A stretch of DNA of 63,533 bases, counting the filler, from Folioceros fuciformis (taxonomy: Eukaryota), in NCBI GenBank assembly GCA_049999805.1. It is 11 parts of 11 records of this genome, joined end to end, with 100 filler letters (N's around TTAATTAATTAA, not from the genome) between each part and the next. Parts side by side here need not be neighbours in the genome. Positions count along the whole stretch, not along the records: positions 1 to 2,566 come from JBNGIO010005120.1; positions 2,667 to 10,671 come from JBNGIO010005121.1; positions 10,772 to 17,759 come from JBNGIO010005122.1; 8 more parts are not named here. The stretch is one strand, 5' to 3'. The position numbers and the translations under genes are program-made. Shown piece by piece: positions 1-12,060 of this stretch; position 1 is the first letter of the stretch; each line of letters begins with the position of its first letter. The notes beneath the pieces are model-generated. The model made no database searches. It worked only from the letters and a program-made list of their open reading frames with translations, and was not told the origin of the DNA.

Positions 1-2335
1 CCAGACAACGGTGCGGTGCTCAGCGCAGCAGAGCAGAGCAGAGCAGCCAGCTCTTTGGCCTTGGAACCGTCTGTGGTCTGGCCTGCAGGCCTGGCCTGGC
101 GTGGCCTGGTCTGGCCTGGCTCGCGCCTGCGTCTGCCACCACCCCCTCCTGTTCTCTCGCATTCTGTCTTTTTCTTGTCCGCGCCTCAACTCTCATTCTC
201 TTCCTTCCCATCCCCTTCCTTGCTTCCCTCCCTTTCCTGCCCTTTCCTGCTCTTCCCTGCCCAACCCAACCCTCTTTGCTCTCCTCCTTCACCCGCGCAC
301 TGCTCCCCCCGCTGTCGCGCCATCGCTACCTCCTTGCCGGCCGCGCTTGGCGCAGCACCATGCTCTGTGCCAGCCTCGCGCCCGCGCTGTTTACCATTCA
401 CTCCAGGTCGCATTCGCTGCTCACCCTGTCGTCTCCGGGATCAGGATTTTCAGCGGCATCGGCAACGGGATCCAGCAGATCCCGATCCCGATCCCTGCTG
501 CTCTCGCTTTGCTGAGCTCGCCCCTCCACCTCCACCTCGAGCTTCAGCTCTCCCTCGCCATCGCTCTCGCCTCCGCCCTGCTCACTCTCTGTCTGTCATC
601 TCTGATTTGGTTTCGTTGCTCCTCCAGGCGGGGGCATCCGGCATTGCTGCTTTGGCGCAAAGCCTTCTGGAGCCTTCAACTTTTCTCCTTTCTATTCCTT
701 CTCCACTCCACTCCTGCCTTGTCTTTGAAGCATTAGCAGCGCGCGCAGCCAAGCGGCTGCGGCAGAGGTGTTGCCTTGCCACTCCCTGCCTTGCCACTCC
801 CTGCCTTGCATCCGCATCGCATTACGTTCGTTTGCTTTCCCTTGCTTGCAAGGCTCTCGACGCACGTGCTCCTCAACTCCATTGGCGGATGAGCCTTTTC
901 CTCCGCTTTTGCCTCCACCTTCTCTCTCCATCTCCTCCTCTCACTTCTCTCCTGTCCTGCTCCGCCTCCTTAGCCTCAGCCCACAAGCCCTTGTTTCTTC
1001 CCCTCCTCCTCCTCCTCCTCCTCCTCCTCCGCTTGCCCCCTGCTGCTTCCTCCGCCTTGTTTATCCCGTGATCGCTCGTGCGTGCCCTGGGCTGCCGCCC
1101 TCTCGCTGCGTCTGCGTGACTCTCATCCATTCGCTTCGCCACTAGCGGCGCTTGAAACCAACACCTGCCTCCGCCTCCTCGTCGCATCGCATTCCGCTTC
1201 CTCCTGCCCGCACGGCTTGCTTGCTTGGGTCGTCGCCTCCCCTTCTTCCGCCAATTTCATTCCTCTCCACGCCAGATTCCTCTCAATTCTAGGGCTGCCT
1301 CGCCCGCCCTCTGCTCACTCTACGCAGCTCCACTCTTCTTCACTGCTGCTCTCCGACGGCCTTCAACCTCTCTTTGCTAGCCTCCAGCCTTCCCTCCGTC
1401 GCCCGCCCTACCTCAGAGTCTCTCCTTCCCCGCTTTCTTAGCGTTTTGCTAAATTTACAATTTCAAATCCATCCCTGCTTCCGGTCACGGCAAGGTGTGC
1501 CGCTCTCCTGGCCGGATGAATTCCACTGCGTCTAGATAATCGCCTCCTGCATCCTGGTCCTCATACCTCATCCGGAAGCCGCTGCCTTTTCTCTGGTTTC
1601 TCAATCCATGCTGTACCACCACCACTACCGCCTGCAGTAGCAGCGTATTGGACGTTAGCGCAAGGTTTGCTTTTGTCTGCTCTGCTTTACCTTGCTCTCT
1701 TCTCGTGACTCGTGTGGCGTGGTTTCATTCCTCTGCGTGCTGCAGTAGAAGCTGCACAAGTAGCGCTAGCTTTGGCTTTGGAGTTTCTCCCTTCAGCGCT
1801 CAGCGTCTGTTTGTGTAAAGCTTCTCCCTTCTAAATATTGAGCTGTGCTGCGCTCTTCCTTCCTTACAGTTCCCGACGGATCCACGCCGCTGTTTCTCGT
1901 GTGTAGATGGATTGCTTGTGAATTTGGATGAGTCTGTCGTTGACAAGCTTTGCCAGCATTGTTGCTGACGCTTCCTTGCCTCCGCTTCCGCTGGTGGTGC
2001 TGGTGCAGTTGTAGGCCGGGGCTAGCAGTAGCCATCACTCCAGACGAATGCTGGAGCTGAAGAGAAGAAGAAGAAGCTGAGCGGGGCAGAGGCGATCGGG
2101 AGGCAGCGCTGCAGGGAGAGGGGCCGAGCGTGCCCCCCAATCCGCATAAGTGGCATCTCCCAATCACACAATTTCTCTCTCGCTCTTTGGCGGTCCGTCC
2201 CGGGGTTCACTCTCCCAAAATGTGAGCCTCTCGCCGCTCTCTCTGCAGATCGAGGCAGGGGGGGGCGAGTCCGCAGTCCACAACTTGGGTCGACACCAGC
2301 AGGATCAGTTCCAGCAGGGAGGGCATGTGCACCCC

Positions 2336-2566
2336 ATGGCAGGCTTAGATTCCCTGCGCGCCGGGCCGGGCCCGGGGCCGGGGCCGGGGATGGGGCACCA
2401 GGATCCCCACACCTCCGGCTCCGACGAGAACAGCGGCAGCTCCGGTCACGGCAGGGGCAAGAAGCGTGGTCGGGTCAAAGCTCCCGGGACGGATTCAGGC
2501 CTCCTCTCCCAGGGCTCTCAGCTGGTGCAGCAGCAACCGCAGCAACAACAACAAGCTGGCGGAGGA
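2336..2566 (+). CDS. 5' part of a host gene, possibly a clade-A AT-hook motif nuclear localized (AHL) protein; truncated by contig end
   Basis: ATG 2336 opens MAGLDSLRAGPGPGPGPGMGHQDPHTSGSDENSGSSGHGRGKKRGR...QQQQAGGG after a long C/T-rich leader with an acceptor-like ctctctgcag near 2248. The MAGLD start and the DENSGSSG..RG.KR segment resemble N-termini of clade-A AHL proteins. The diagnostic RRPRGRP AT-hook and PPC domain are not in the window. Confidence 0.35.
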
Positions 2567-2666
2567 NNNNNNNNNNNNNNNNNNNNNNNNNNNNNNNNNN
2601 NNNNNNNNNNTTAATTAATTAANNNNNNNNNNNNNNNNNNNNNNNNNNNNNNNNNNNNNNNNNNNN
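2567..2666. other. Artificial contig spacer
   Basis: N44-TTAATTAATTAA-N44, stop codons in all six frames. Confidence 0.99.
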
Positions 2667-3352
2667 GCTGTACAGTGTCTGGTAGGATCGCAGGCAGCGT
2701 GTTGCCGGTTGTATAGTGTCTGGTAGGATCACAAGGTGTAATGACAAGGGTGTGGGGGCTTGCCCCTAGCTCTTGATTGTAAAGGGTGTGTCTTTCTCTC
2801 AACCTGTCCACTCTTGTTCCTTGCTTGGTCAAGTGCTGTAGGCCGGCCATGTCTCATGGCGTCTGGTAAGGTTGTGGGGAGGAGATACCCAAGAGGGGAG
2901 TGTGTTCCCTTCTTCCTTTTGTTTGGGGTTAGTCTAGTGACTCTTGCCGGGTAGGAGGAGTCCGTAGGGAAGTGTAGAAGGTAGTGGTGTCGTTGCTGGT
3001 TGCTGGTAGTTGTTGGTGTTGGTGCTGGAGTAAGAGAGTGAGTGAAGTGAGTGAGGGAAGTCGCAGATCTGAGAGGTTAGGGTCGTTGTAGTGACAAGAG
3101 GGAGTTTGTGGGCACCGAGAGAGGTGCAGCTGACCGCCGGACAGCGAGGCCTGTCCTACGCCTGATCGGAGCTGGAGGGGAGCCCTCGAATCCATCATCG
3201 AGTTGATCAAGTCCGACCCTCCATCCACAGCAGCAAGGAACCCCATCGCTCCTTCGTGGGAACGAAACCCAATGTCTCAACGACAGTGGGATAAGTGTGG
3301 CCACTAAAGGTGGAATCCGTCGGCAATCAGTGCCCGGGGTTTTGCCTCCACA
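2667..3352 (+). mobile_element. Ty3/gypsy LTR family B, 3' part (3' or solo LTR), inserted into the gag of another gypsy element
   Basis: Closely similar to the LTR-B copies ending at 36877 and 39765. It ends ...GGTTTTGCCTCCACA, has no PBS after it, and is followed directly by minus-strand gag coding sequence. Confidence 0.85.
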
Positions 3353-5296
3353 CCAGCCCGTCCAGCCCCTTAAGCACCTTGGCCTCGGCCTCCTCCCAAA
3401 CAGCCATGAGGGCATCCTCCACGTGCATGGCCGTTGCAGCCCCTTGAGGTGCTGCTTGCAGCACCCCTGTCACCGCTGGCTGAGCAATCCTCACGCTCTT
3501 CCTAGGGTACTGACAAAACACGCTGCCCGCCACGTGCCCCTACTGTTTGCAGTCTTGGCACAACCTATCGTAGTCTCCATTGGCCTGCCTAGTTGCTGAT
3601 GGACAGCTGTTGGCATAGTGTCCAAATCCTTGACAATTATAGCATTGGACAACCCCCGCTGCTTGACGAGCAACTCTCCCCACCTGGTTGCTACGACCTC
3701 CCGTGCCCATAGGATTTCAAAGAATGGAAGGATGGGCTGTCTTGGAATATTGCTGCCCTTGGGAAAACTCCTGAATTTGGTAGGAGTCCTCCACCGACCA
3801 CTCCTCTTCTTCCCCTTCACAAGCCAGCAAATGCACCTTGGCCCCTTGACAATGGGTCTTGGTGTGGCCTTGCTCACCACAAATGGAGCAAAACAAGTTA
3901 GCCCTGCCACTAGTTGCAGCCCTCCTTCTCTCATGTTCCTTGACAGCATGGAGGTGAAACTTCTCAAACTTGCTCATCATCTCCTCCATCTTGGACTCCT
4001 GCTGCTCCACTTTCTTGGCTGCAGCCTCAACCTCTTTCTTGACCTGCTCCACCTCCCTCTTGGCACTAGCCACCTCTTGCTTGGCCTTGGCTAGATCCTT
4101 TGCCTTCCTTGCTTCCTTCTTCCTCCTAGCCACCTCTTGCTCCTTCTTCTTCAGTCTTTTCTTGACAGCCTCGTCCTCCGAGGACTCCTCCTCTAGGCTG
4201 TCCCCTGCTGAAGATGAAGAGGTCTCTGCTGCTGATTCTTCTGAAGAATTGCTCTCCTCGGAGGAATCTTCATCCGAGGAAGATGACTCCCTCTTCTTCT
4301 TCCCCTTCCTAGGCCTGTTCTTCTTCTTGTCCTTTTCCCTCACTCTCTCCTTCTCCTTCTTGGATCTCCCTTTGCCCCACGGATGAGACTCCTCATAATT
4401 GAGGGCTGCCCTTATAGCCCTGTCCACATCTTTTTCTGCGAACAATTTCACATGGCCCCCCATCCTTGATCCTAAGCCTCCAGCGAACCACCTAATGGCT
4501 TGTAAGTCTGAATGAGGTCCACAGCGATCCCGCAGGCTGTGGAACCTCTCCACATAGGCCTGCAAGGTCTCCTTCCTCCTCCTCCTCAAGGCCTCTAGCT
4601 TGGACAGCACATAGCCCTCTACGTCTATCCCCCTGAACCACTCACAAAAGGCCCTCTTCAACACATCAAAAGTTGCTGGAAATGTACCAACCTTGAGGTA
4701 CTCTCTCCTGTACCACTTGGCAGGCCCTCCACGCAGTACACCATAGAACAATTGGATGCGCTGTGCATCCGTTGATTCTTGGTTAGCAAGGGTCAGCTGC
4801 TCAAACCTCTCCACAAATTCATCCGGGTCCTCATACCCCTTCTTCTCCCCATACAAGGGGTACAACTGCTTGGTGGACATTGCAACAGCTGGGGTCGCCA
4901 TGGTGCCTGCACTCACCACTGCAGTTGCGGATCAGCAGCTCCAACAACTGGAGTTGGGCTGATGTTGCTGAATTCTTCAGCCCCTGCACTCCTAATCACC
5001 TGCACCAGTCTAGGTTGAAGACCAAGGAGCAGACTTGGATTAGGTTGCCCTGGATTAGGCCTTCCCCCAATAGCTGAAAGTTGAGGGTCTTGTTCCAACG
5101 TGATTGATTCCCCCAAGATCTGCTGATTGCTTGCCCCTCTCCTCCTCCTCTCTAGTGTATGCCCTGGCTGTGCCCTCCTTAGCTCCCTCTCCACTGCTCT
5201 TTGCTCACGCTCCAATACTTGTTGCTGCCTCCTTACTTGACCTTGAGCTTCCCCTTCAAAGCTAGAGTTGAAATCTTCAGCTCCTATGCGGGGCAT
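3353..5296 (-). pseudogene. gag: Ty3/gypsy gag, frameshifted; main ORF 3717-4919
   Basis: Retrotransposon capsid-like core (DPDEFVERFE..LRGGPAKWY..LKRAFCEWF..ETLQAYVERF..WFAGGL), Ser/Glu/Lys coiled coil, zinc knuckle CSICGEQGHTKTHC, and a second decayed knuckle CQDCKQ*GH...C near 3520-3560. It lies downstream of a PBS and 5' LTR. Confidence 0.85.
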
Positions 5297-5371
5297 CCAT
5301 CAACCCTACACATTCCCTTGTACAGTCCCCTATCTAGGTCAGTCCTCTCCAAACCTTGACAGCAATGTCAC

Positions 5372-5389
5372 TCCCCGGCAACGGCGCCA
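5372..5389 (-). promoter_or_regulatory. Primer binding site complementary to the tRNA-Asp 3' end
   Basis: Minus strand reads TGGCGCCGTTGCCGGGGA, 3 nt after the LTR end. This is the PBS type of Athila-like non-chromovirus gypsy elements. Confidence 0.9.
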
Positions 5390-5392
5390 AAA

Positions 5393-6718
5393 TGTGGAGT
5401 GAAACTTGCACCCAAGAACCACCAAGGGGCCACACTTCCCCTTATTATCGTTGCAGTCTTATGATTCGCTCCCAAGGGAGTGAACTAATGTCAAGGTTAC
5501 CTACATCTCCCTAATCTCACCCTATCTATCAGCATATACCAAGTGCTACAGCAATAGGTCAGAAGTCTCGGTCCTGTCTTCGGCTCCTACCACAACACCA
5601 ACCCCAGCCTCAACAAAATGAGAACTCCAGCATTGTCTTCAACCTTCATTTCCAGCTCCAAGTATCAATCACTTCAGTGCTAAGAGGAGGCTCCAGCCCC
5701 AAGTCTGGCCTCCAACTCTCAGCACCTAGTGCTAGCTACTCCGCAGCTGAATGAGAGCCTCAACTTCAGCTAGCTCCTCACTCCAGCTCCAACACTTCAT
5801 TCCACCACTTCAGCACTTCACTTGAGCACTTCAGCACTTCACTTGAGCACTTCAGTCCTTCACTTCAGCACTTCACTTCACCCTCCAGCCCCTCACTTCA
5901 GCTCAACTCCTCACTTCAACACTTCCACTTCCAAAATCTGCAACTCAACCCTTCTCTCCAGCAATTTGGAACACAACAGCCTTCCCTCTTGCAGCCTTCA
6001 AGGCAAAGGTGAGGCCTAGGGCTGGGTAGCCTCCTTGGCTCACGGCCCTGCAACCTCACCTCAGCCAGCATGCAAGGTGGTCAGCCATTGCGGATCCGGC
6101 CACACGAATTTTGGCAGTCTTGGGATCCTCCACGTTCCCCTAGTGGCAAGGGAAATCAAGGCCTTGGTTTAGTCTCAACCAGCTCAGCGCCCTAAGCCAG
6201 GAAATCTGCACCCAAGGTCCAGAGAAATCGCACTGTAGACAGCCCCCTCCTCAATGGCAGGTCTAGCCTCTTATACTACCTTGGCCCAAACCTCCATCTC
6301 TATCTATTAGGGTTAGCCTCAGTCAACCACCCAGCAATCTCTCTCTGACCTAAGCCGGCCCTAATTCTGACCTAAACCTAATTCTGACCTAACCCTAACT
6401 TTGACCCAAACCTAGTTCTGACCTGAAAGGGGTTGTGTCCCATGGACACCACTGGGTGCCCTTACCAAAATTGACCAACCTCTCAAGACTACCAAAATGG
6501 TCAGTGCCTCTCAACCCTCTCCCTCCTCTCTCAAATCATTCCATCCCTTCTCTCAGATCATTCCAGCAACCCTTCAAAGACACATCTCACCTCACCATTA
6601 ATCTAGCTACTAATCTTTCCTAATCTTTTAACTATTTCACCACAGGGTTCACTTAGAGATTCCCAAAAAGAGAAATCCTACTATTTTCCAAGGACCTATT
6701 CAGGATGTGGAGTCCACA
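5393..6718 (-). mobile_element. 5' LTR (family A, about 1.33 kb) of the minus-strand gypsy element
   Basis: Termini TGTGGA...TCCACA. One end recurs at 54768; the other end recurs, reverse-complemented, after a PPT at 40593. Confidence 0.85.
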
Positions 6719-7027
6719 CACTTGCAGCACCCTTTCTTGTGAGTTGGTCTTCGATGTTCACTCCAGACCTCCATTTCCAGCTGCAGTTTGTTCTTTTTTC
6801 TTAGATGCAGCATCTAACCTTGCAGTCTTCTTACCTGTTGTCTTTCTTTTCACGTCACCAAGAGTGAGAGTTTTAAGGACGTAGCAAGTTGGATTCTCTC
6901 CGTCTAAGTCCATAGGTAGGGTAGTGCTCATGATCCATAGGAAGTCTTCAAGTGTTATATCACCCTTCTCTCATCAGGACCAGGCTTGAGGAGGTCAGCA
7001 TGTGAAGCAGCGTGCAGTTGCGTGTAC

Positions 7028-7111
7028 GCATGAAGTAATCAAGTTGGACGCATGAAGTAATCAAGCTGGACACATGAAGTAATCAAGCTAGATGCCTGAA
7101 GTAATCAAGCT
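7028..7111. repeat. 22-bp tandem repeat, about 4 copies
   Basis: Unit GCATGAAGTAATCAAGYTGGAC. Confidence 0.85.
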
Positions 7112-7194
7112 CTTGCTTTCTACTGGCAGCTTCAGCTTGGGATGTCTTCACCAGCTCTGTGACTTTGGATGGAGCATCAAACTACACGTCAACT

Positions 7195-7390
7195 AAGTGG
7201 CAGTAATGGTAGATAAAAGAAGCATAGGACTTACCTTGCAGTTAGTGTAGTTGCCCATGTAGTTACAACGGTTATGAAAACCGTCTTCATCCATCTATAC
7301 TTAAGAACATCTCTGTGCATCAATCGCTCTCTCTCTGAATACATTTTTGGCTTCTCACGATCATTCGCTTGCTTGCTTCATGGTGCTTCT
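7195..7390 (+). mobile_element. Probable decayed copia PPT and 3' LTR
   Basis: PPT-like AAGTGGCAG followed by TAATGG... Its layout resembles the LTR at 34945-35164. The right boundary is approximate. Confidence 0.4.
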
Positions 7391-8776
7391 AGAAGATGGG
7401 GTTAGGAATACTTTAGTTAGGAGAAGTACTCTCATCAGCCTCAAAGAACCACATGAGTAGCTGTCGTTTCCCCTCAATCAAGCTAGCCTTGTGCATGGCA
7501 CTCTTGTCCCCCGCCCGCTTGTGCAACTTCACTCATGCTACTTGAGCCTGCCAACTCACGGCGTGCGGTCTTTGCTTAGTCACAACCTTGGTATCGCAGT
7601 AGGCCATAATTCCACCGGTCGATCTCCGCCACCTCCTCCCAGTTTTGGCAGCCACAGCCACACACTTTGCAACGTTCATGCATACCACAGCTGCCACCAG
7701 AAGGTCACACTCAAGACAGGTGGCGATGATATGCAACACGAACTGTGGGAGCTCAGGTTCCGAGGACTCTCCCGACTTCGAGCCCCCGTTCTTCTCTTTG
7801 CTCGCGTCCACTCAAGTGAACCCGACGGAATCCACAAAATGCTAGCCTAAACACTCTGCAGGCCCGCTATAGCAGCCCCACGACCCGCGTTAGGCCCTTG
7901 CAGTGCGCCAACAATAGCTTCTGTAGTGGGGAGTGCCAAGATGGCACGAAAATGCCCATGCCCAAGCTGAAGCACTTGTCCCCGGCGATAGCCTACTTGC
8001 AAGACCCCTGAGCCGCGAGCGTCCTGCAATCACCCAGTAGGAGTCGTTACAAAGGCAGATCCTTAGGACAATGCTCCGACATCTCCCACTTGAACTTGGG
8101 ACTTGATGATGGGGAAGTAGTTGCTGAAGATGTAGCCGATTCTGGCGCAAGCCTGCATTGCATCTGGTGACTTGTCGAACACCAGCACCTTCACGATCGG
8201 AGACACGATAAGGCACTTTGAGATTTGCAAGAATGTGTTTTTGGGCTCCAGCAAATCCGCTATGTGGCCTTGCTATCCTCCAAGACAGACTCTTGCGAGT
8301 GAGTGTCTACAGCGAATCCACATTCAGGAGTTTGTTTATGGTTTACTCTCGAACTGCATGCGCCGGTTTAGCTGGTGTGGCTTTGATCCCGATCCTTGAG
8401 TTGTCCACTCAGCTCCCAACCACATCCGCTAACTTGGGGATTTGCCAAAATCCTGTCCAAATCGGATTGGAAATCCGATTTACACCGGAGTTCGACGGGC
8501 AGCCGGACTGAGTTGCAGGCCGGTCCTCATTTCTCGCCGGAGTATTGCTCTGATTCCGAGCATGAGACTAGTCCGGTGTCACAACAGACCTAGTTCGGAG
8601 ACCACTCTAGTTCGAGACGGAATCGCCGATCCGTCGTTTCTTTGGAGTGTTGCACAATTTTGGGAAAAACTGAAATTCCGAAAAAATACCCTTTTCAAGA
8701 CCATAATCTTTGGGCATGACAACAAACCCGTAGTAAACAAATATGCAAGGAATCAGCATTCACGATGAACACGCTA

Positions 8777-8930
8777 TGTTACAATTAAGAGAGTCAACAC
8801 ATATCAAGGGCTGAACACACAAGCGGTTATAACTGAAACTACTATGCCTAATGATATCTTAGTAACCTAATTAAATACATATTTGTTGAAACGTGCCCTA
8901 GATAGGGCTCTAACAGCCATATCCTCGACA
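8777..8930 (-). mobile_element. Ty1/copia 3' LTR (154 bp); PPT at 8931-8939
   Basis: Minus strand reads GAGTGGGAG then TGTCGAGG...TTGTAACA, just downstream of the RNase H stop. Confidence 0.75.
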
Positions 8931-9049
8931 CTCCCACTCACGTTTACAACAACATGAAATGAGATTAACTAACTAACATGTCCGGTTCACTCATGGTAGG
9001 AACATAAATGTATAGCAAGTTAATGCATATAAAGAAGAGAGGTTCTCAT

Positions 9050-10671
9050 TCAAGAAGAAACACTTGATAAGTCCACAAGGCCTAAAGCAAAAGAGAAATG
9101 CTCATACTTGGCCTTCGATAAACTTTTTGTAAATATATCTACGAGATTATCCTCCGTTGGGACATACTCAATAGTCACAAGATGCTCCGCAACTAATTGT
9201 CTTATAAAATGATGATGAACACCAATATGCTTAATTCGAGCATGGTACTTAGCATTCTTAGTTAATGCTATTGCCGACATATTATCGCAATACAATAAAG
9301 CAGGTGACTCTTGAACTTGATCCATCTCCACTAACAGAGATCTTCGAGCTACAGCCTCCTTACCAGCAAGTGTCAAGGAAGCATACTCACTCTCAGTTGA
9401 GCTAAGAGACACACTTTGTTGCTTCTTACATGTCCATGAAACTGCAGCACTACACAAGGTGAAACAATAACTAGATATGCTTTTCCGAGTAATAGGATCA
9501 GCTGCCCAGTTAGCATCAGACCAACCCTCAAGTAGTAGTCTTCCGTTCTTGTTTTCTTGTACTGAAGTCCTAGAGGCATAGTCCCGGACAAATAACAGTA
9601 AATGCATTTTACCGCAACCCAATGAGCAAGTCCAGGATTAGAGAGGAATTGCGAAACAATGGAAACAACATGAGTGATATCTGGACGAGTCCAGCCACTA
9701 AGGAAAAGTAAACATCCTATTGCCTCCCTATAAGGGGTGTGTAGCATCCTCTCCTGTTCCTCAACAATAATAGGGCTATCCTGAGAAGATAGGGTCTGTC
9801 CAGCTACAAGTGGAGTGGCTGCAGGTCGAGTTGCCTCAAGCTTAAAACGATGAAGAAGCTCTTTAACATACTTAGTTTGATACATGCTAAGAGTACCTTC
9901 ATCTCTATTCCTAGCAATTTGAACTCCAATACAATAAGTAAGAGTGCCAATATCCTTCATCTTATACTTTGAAGAAAGAGCAGCCTTTACTTCTGATAAA
10001 AGATCCGAGCTGTTTGTAGCGATAATAATATCATCCACATACAAAGCAATAATAACCAGCTTCCCGTCTTTACATAAGAAATATACATTCTCATCAAAAT
10101 CACAACAAACAAAACCCATCTCCATAAGAGTCCCATCTATATCGTCATACCACTTCAAAGGGAATTGCTTACGTCCATAAATGCATTTCAAAAGTAAACA
10201 AACTAAATCCTTAGTTTTAGGATCTATAAACCCCTCTGGTTGTTCCATATAAATAAGCTCCTCTAATTTTCCATATAGGAAAGCCGTAGTAACATCCATT
10301 TGATGTAAATCTAAATCTAACTCTACTGCTAATGCTAGCAAGTATCTGATAGTCTGCAACTTAACTACTAGTGAAAAAGTCTCGTGATAATCGACTCCAA
10401 GAACTTGGCTATAGCCCTTAGCACACAAACGGGCCTTGTAGCGTTCTACACTACCATCAGCTTTCAACTTAATACAAAATACCCATTTACACTTAATTGG
10501 TTGCCTAGCACTAGGAAGTTTAACTAGTTTCCAAGTTTTATTTTCTATCAAACTATTATATTCTAATAATATAGGTGCCTCCCACTTCTCCTTATCAAGT
10601 CCAGACAATGTTTCTTCACGTGTAGCAGGTTGAATAAGGTCAGTAGTTGCTATATAAGCTTGGACTAGTGA
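9050..10671 (-). pseudogene. pol: Ty1/copia reverse transcriptase and RNase H, one frameshift near 9540
   Basis: KARLCAKGYSQ, HQMDVTTAFLYG, LYVDDIII, WTRPDI, SDANWAAD..TRKS, SSTESEY, LYCDNMSAI, KHIGVHHHFIR. Confidence 0.95.
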
Positions 10672-10771
10672 NNNNNNNNNNNNNNNNNNNNNNNNNNNNN
10701 NNNNNNNNNNNNNNNTTAATTAATTAANNNNNNNNNNNNNNNNNNNNNNNNNNNNNNNNNNNNNNNNNNNN
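10672..10771. other. Artificial contig spacer
   Basis: N44-TTAATTAATTAA-N44. Confidence 0.99.
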
Positions 10772-12060
10772 CAGGTACACTGTGAGCTTCCCTGGCCATG
10801 AGGACATTTAAAATGAATAATGTGTCTCCACTGGTTTCTAGAGATTGTGGTATTTACGAGATGTATTTCTTTGTATTTGGAGACAGGTCTCGCAAATAAG
10901 TTTTAGCTAGGGACTTAAAGTTATTTTTTTTAATTTCTCAAGTTAGTCAAGTGTCTTATAAATCTGTTTAGTCTAAATTTAGAGGCATAATTTTTTTATC
11001 TATGTAAAAATAAATAATTATTCAAAAATATATGATAGGATAAAAGGAGATTTTTTTTTTTTTTGGTGAAGAAAAGAATTCAACTTTACTCAAATGGAAG
11101 AAGATTTCCAACTAACAAAGATGAGATTATGATGCCTCAAGAGAGGTATTAGGTTTTAGAATAAAAAGGGTAGAAATATTTTTTCTTTCCTTCCAAAAAA
11201 TAATCAAGAAGACATTTTTCTCAAAATCATGGTTTCCTTGTATCACTTTTTAGGGTTTGGTTGGAGGATTAAAGATATTTTATTTGCAAAACACCCCTTT
11301 TATATTAAGGTATGGACGCCAAGCCAAGATGTTAAGAAGAAGGGCTTTGCCGATGTTTAGATCTTAAGAGATTGGTAATTAGCATGTCAAATTTATTTAT
11401 AATATATATAATTATATATAATTAGTTATTTTTTATTTTCTCATTCATAAGTTTTTAATTAATATTCATCAAATAAGTCTCTCTTTTTTCATCATAGTTC
11501 AACCAAATGATTGTAAATAGAAATTAGAGTCTTTATTTGAGAAAAGAAATTAAAAAATTCATGTAATCCGACAAATGGGAAACAAGAAGGGGCTATGCTT
11601 GCCAATTTGGTTTCTTTAGGAAGGATTCTTTGAGGAGTGAATCGAAAGAAGGTAATAAAGTAATACCAACTATGGGGTTCACTAGACAGCATTAGTCCTT
11701 GGGGAAAGGAACTGGGGTCGCTCTGTAAACGAAACCGTTACATGACACATCCACTTTCGAGTCCGCAGCCGTCACAATGACGGTCTCCATGATTTCACCA
11801 GCATGCGGATTACGCGCCCAGTGGTTACCGCCCCATCACGGCCGCCAAGTGAGGTACGGCATGCGAGACGGCAGACATGGCCTACCCGCGGACACGACGT
11901 GGTAGGATCCACAGGCCCACTCAGCCAGAATCGCATATGGGCGCTGCAAGTGAACATAAATGCTTGATACACTGTTCCACAAAGAATGAGCTGAATGTAT
12001 CATGTATGATATCTTGAAAAGATACCTTACAGAAAAGAATGAGCTGGAACATGCAGACTG

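Noticed and set aside
11-2167. Long overlapping ORFs of up to 351 aa at the window start
   Set aside because: They are Leu/Ser/Pro-rich products of C/T-rich, stop-poor leader or intron DNA with microsatellites (CCT)n and (GCAGA)n; no domain is recognisable.
2567-2666. TTAATTAATTAA palindrome recurring ten times, and ORFs running into N tracts
   Set aside because: This is an artificial linker. For the same reason the two methyltransferase findings are on different contigs and are not a physical cluster.
3618-4386. Plus-strand hydrophobic or Ser-rich ORFs
   Set aside because: They are antisense shadows of the Lys/Glu-rich gag.
5372-5389. tRNA-Asp gene
   Set aside because: Only the 3'-terminal 18 nt including CCA are present, adjacent to an LTR, so it is a PBS.
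7847-8290. Minus-frame HIADLL...KVLVFDKSPDAM...VQVGDV resembling SAM-binding motifs, and plus-frame DSGASLH resembling a copia protease
   Set aside because: There is no glycine-rich motif I, several stops intervene, and there is no supporting context; it cannot be called without a profile search.
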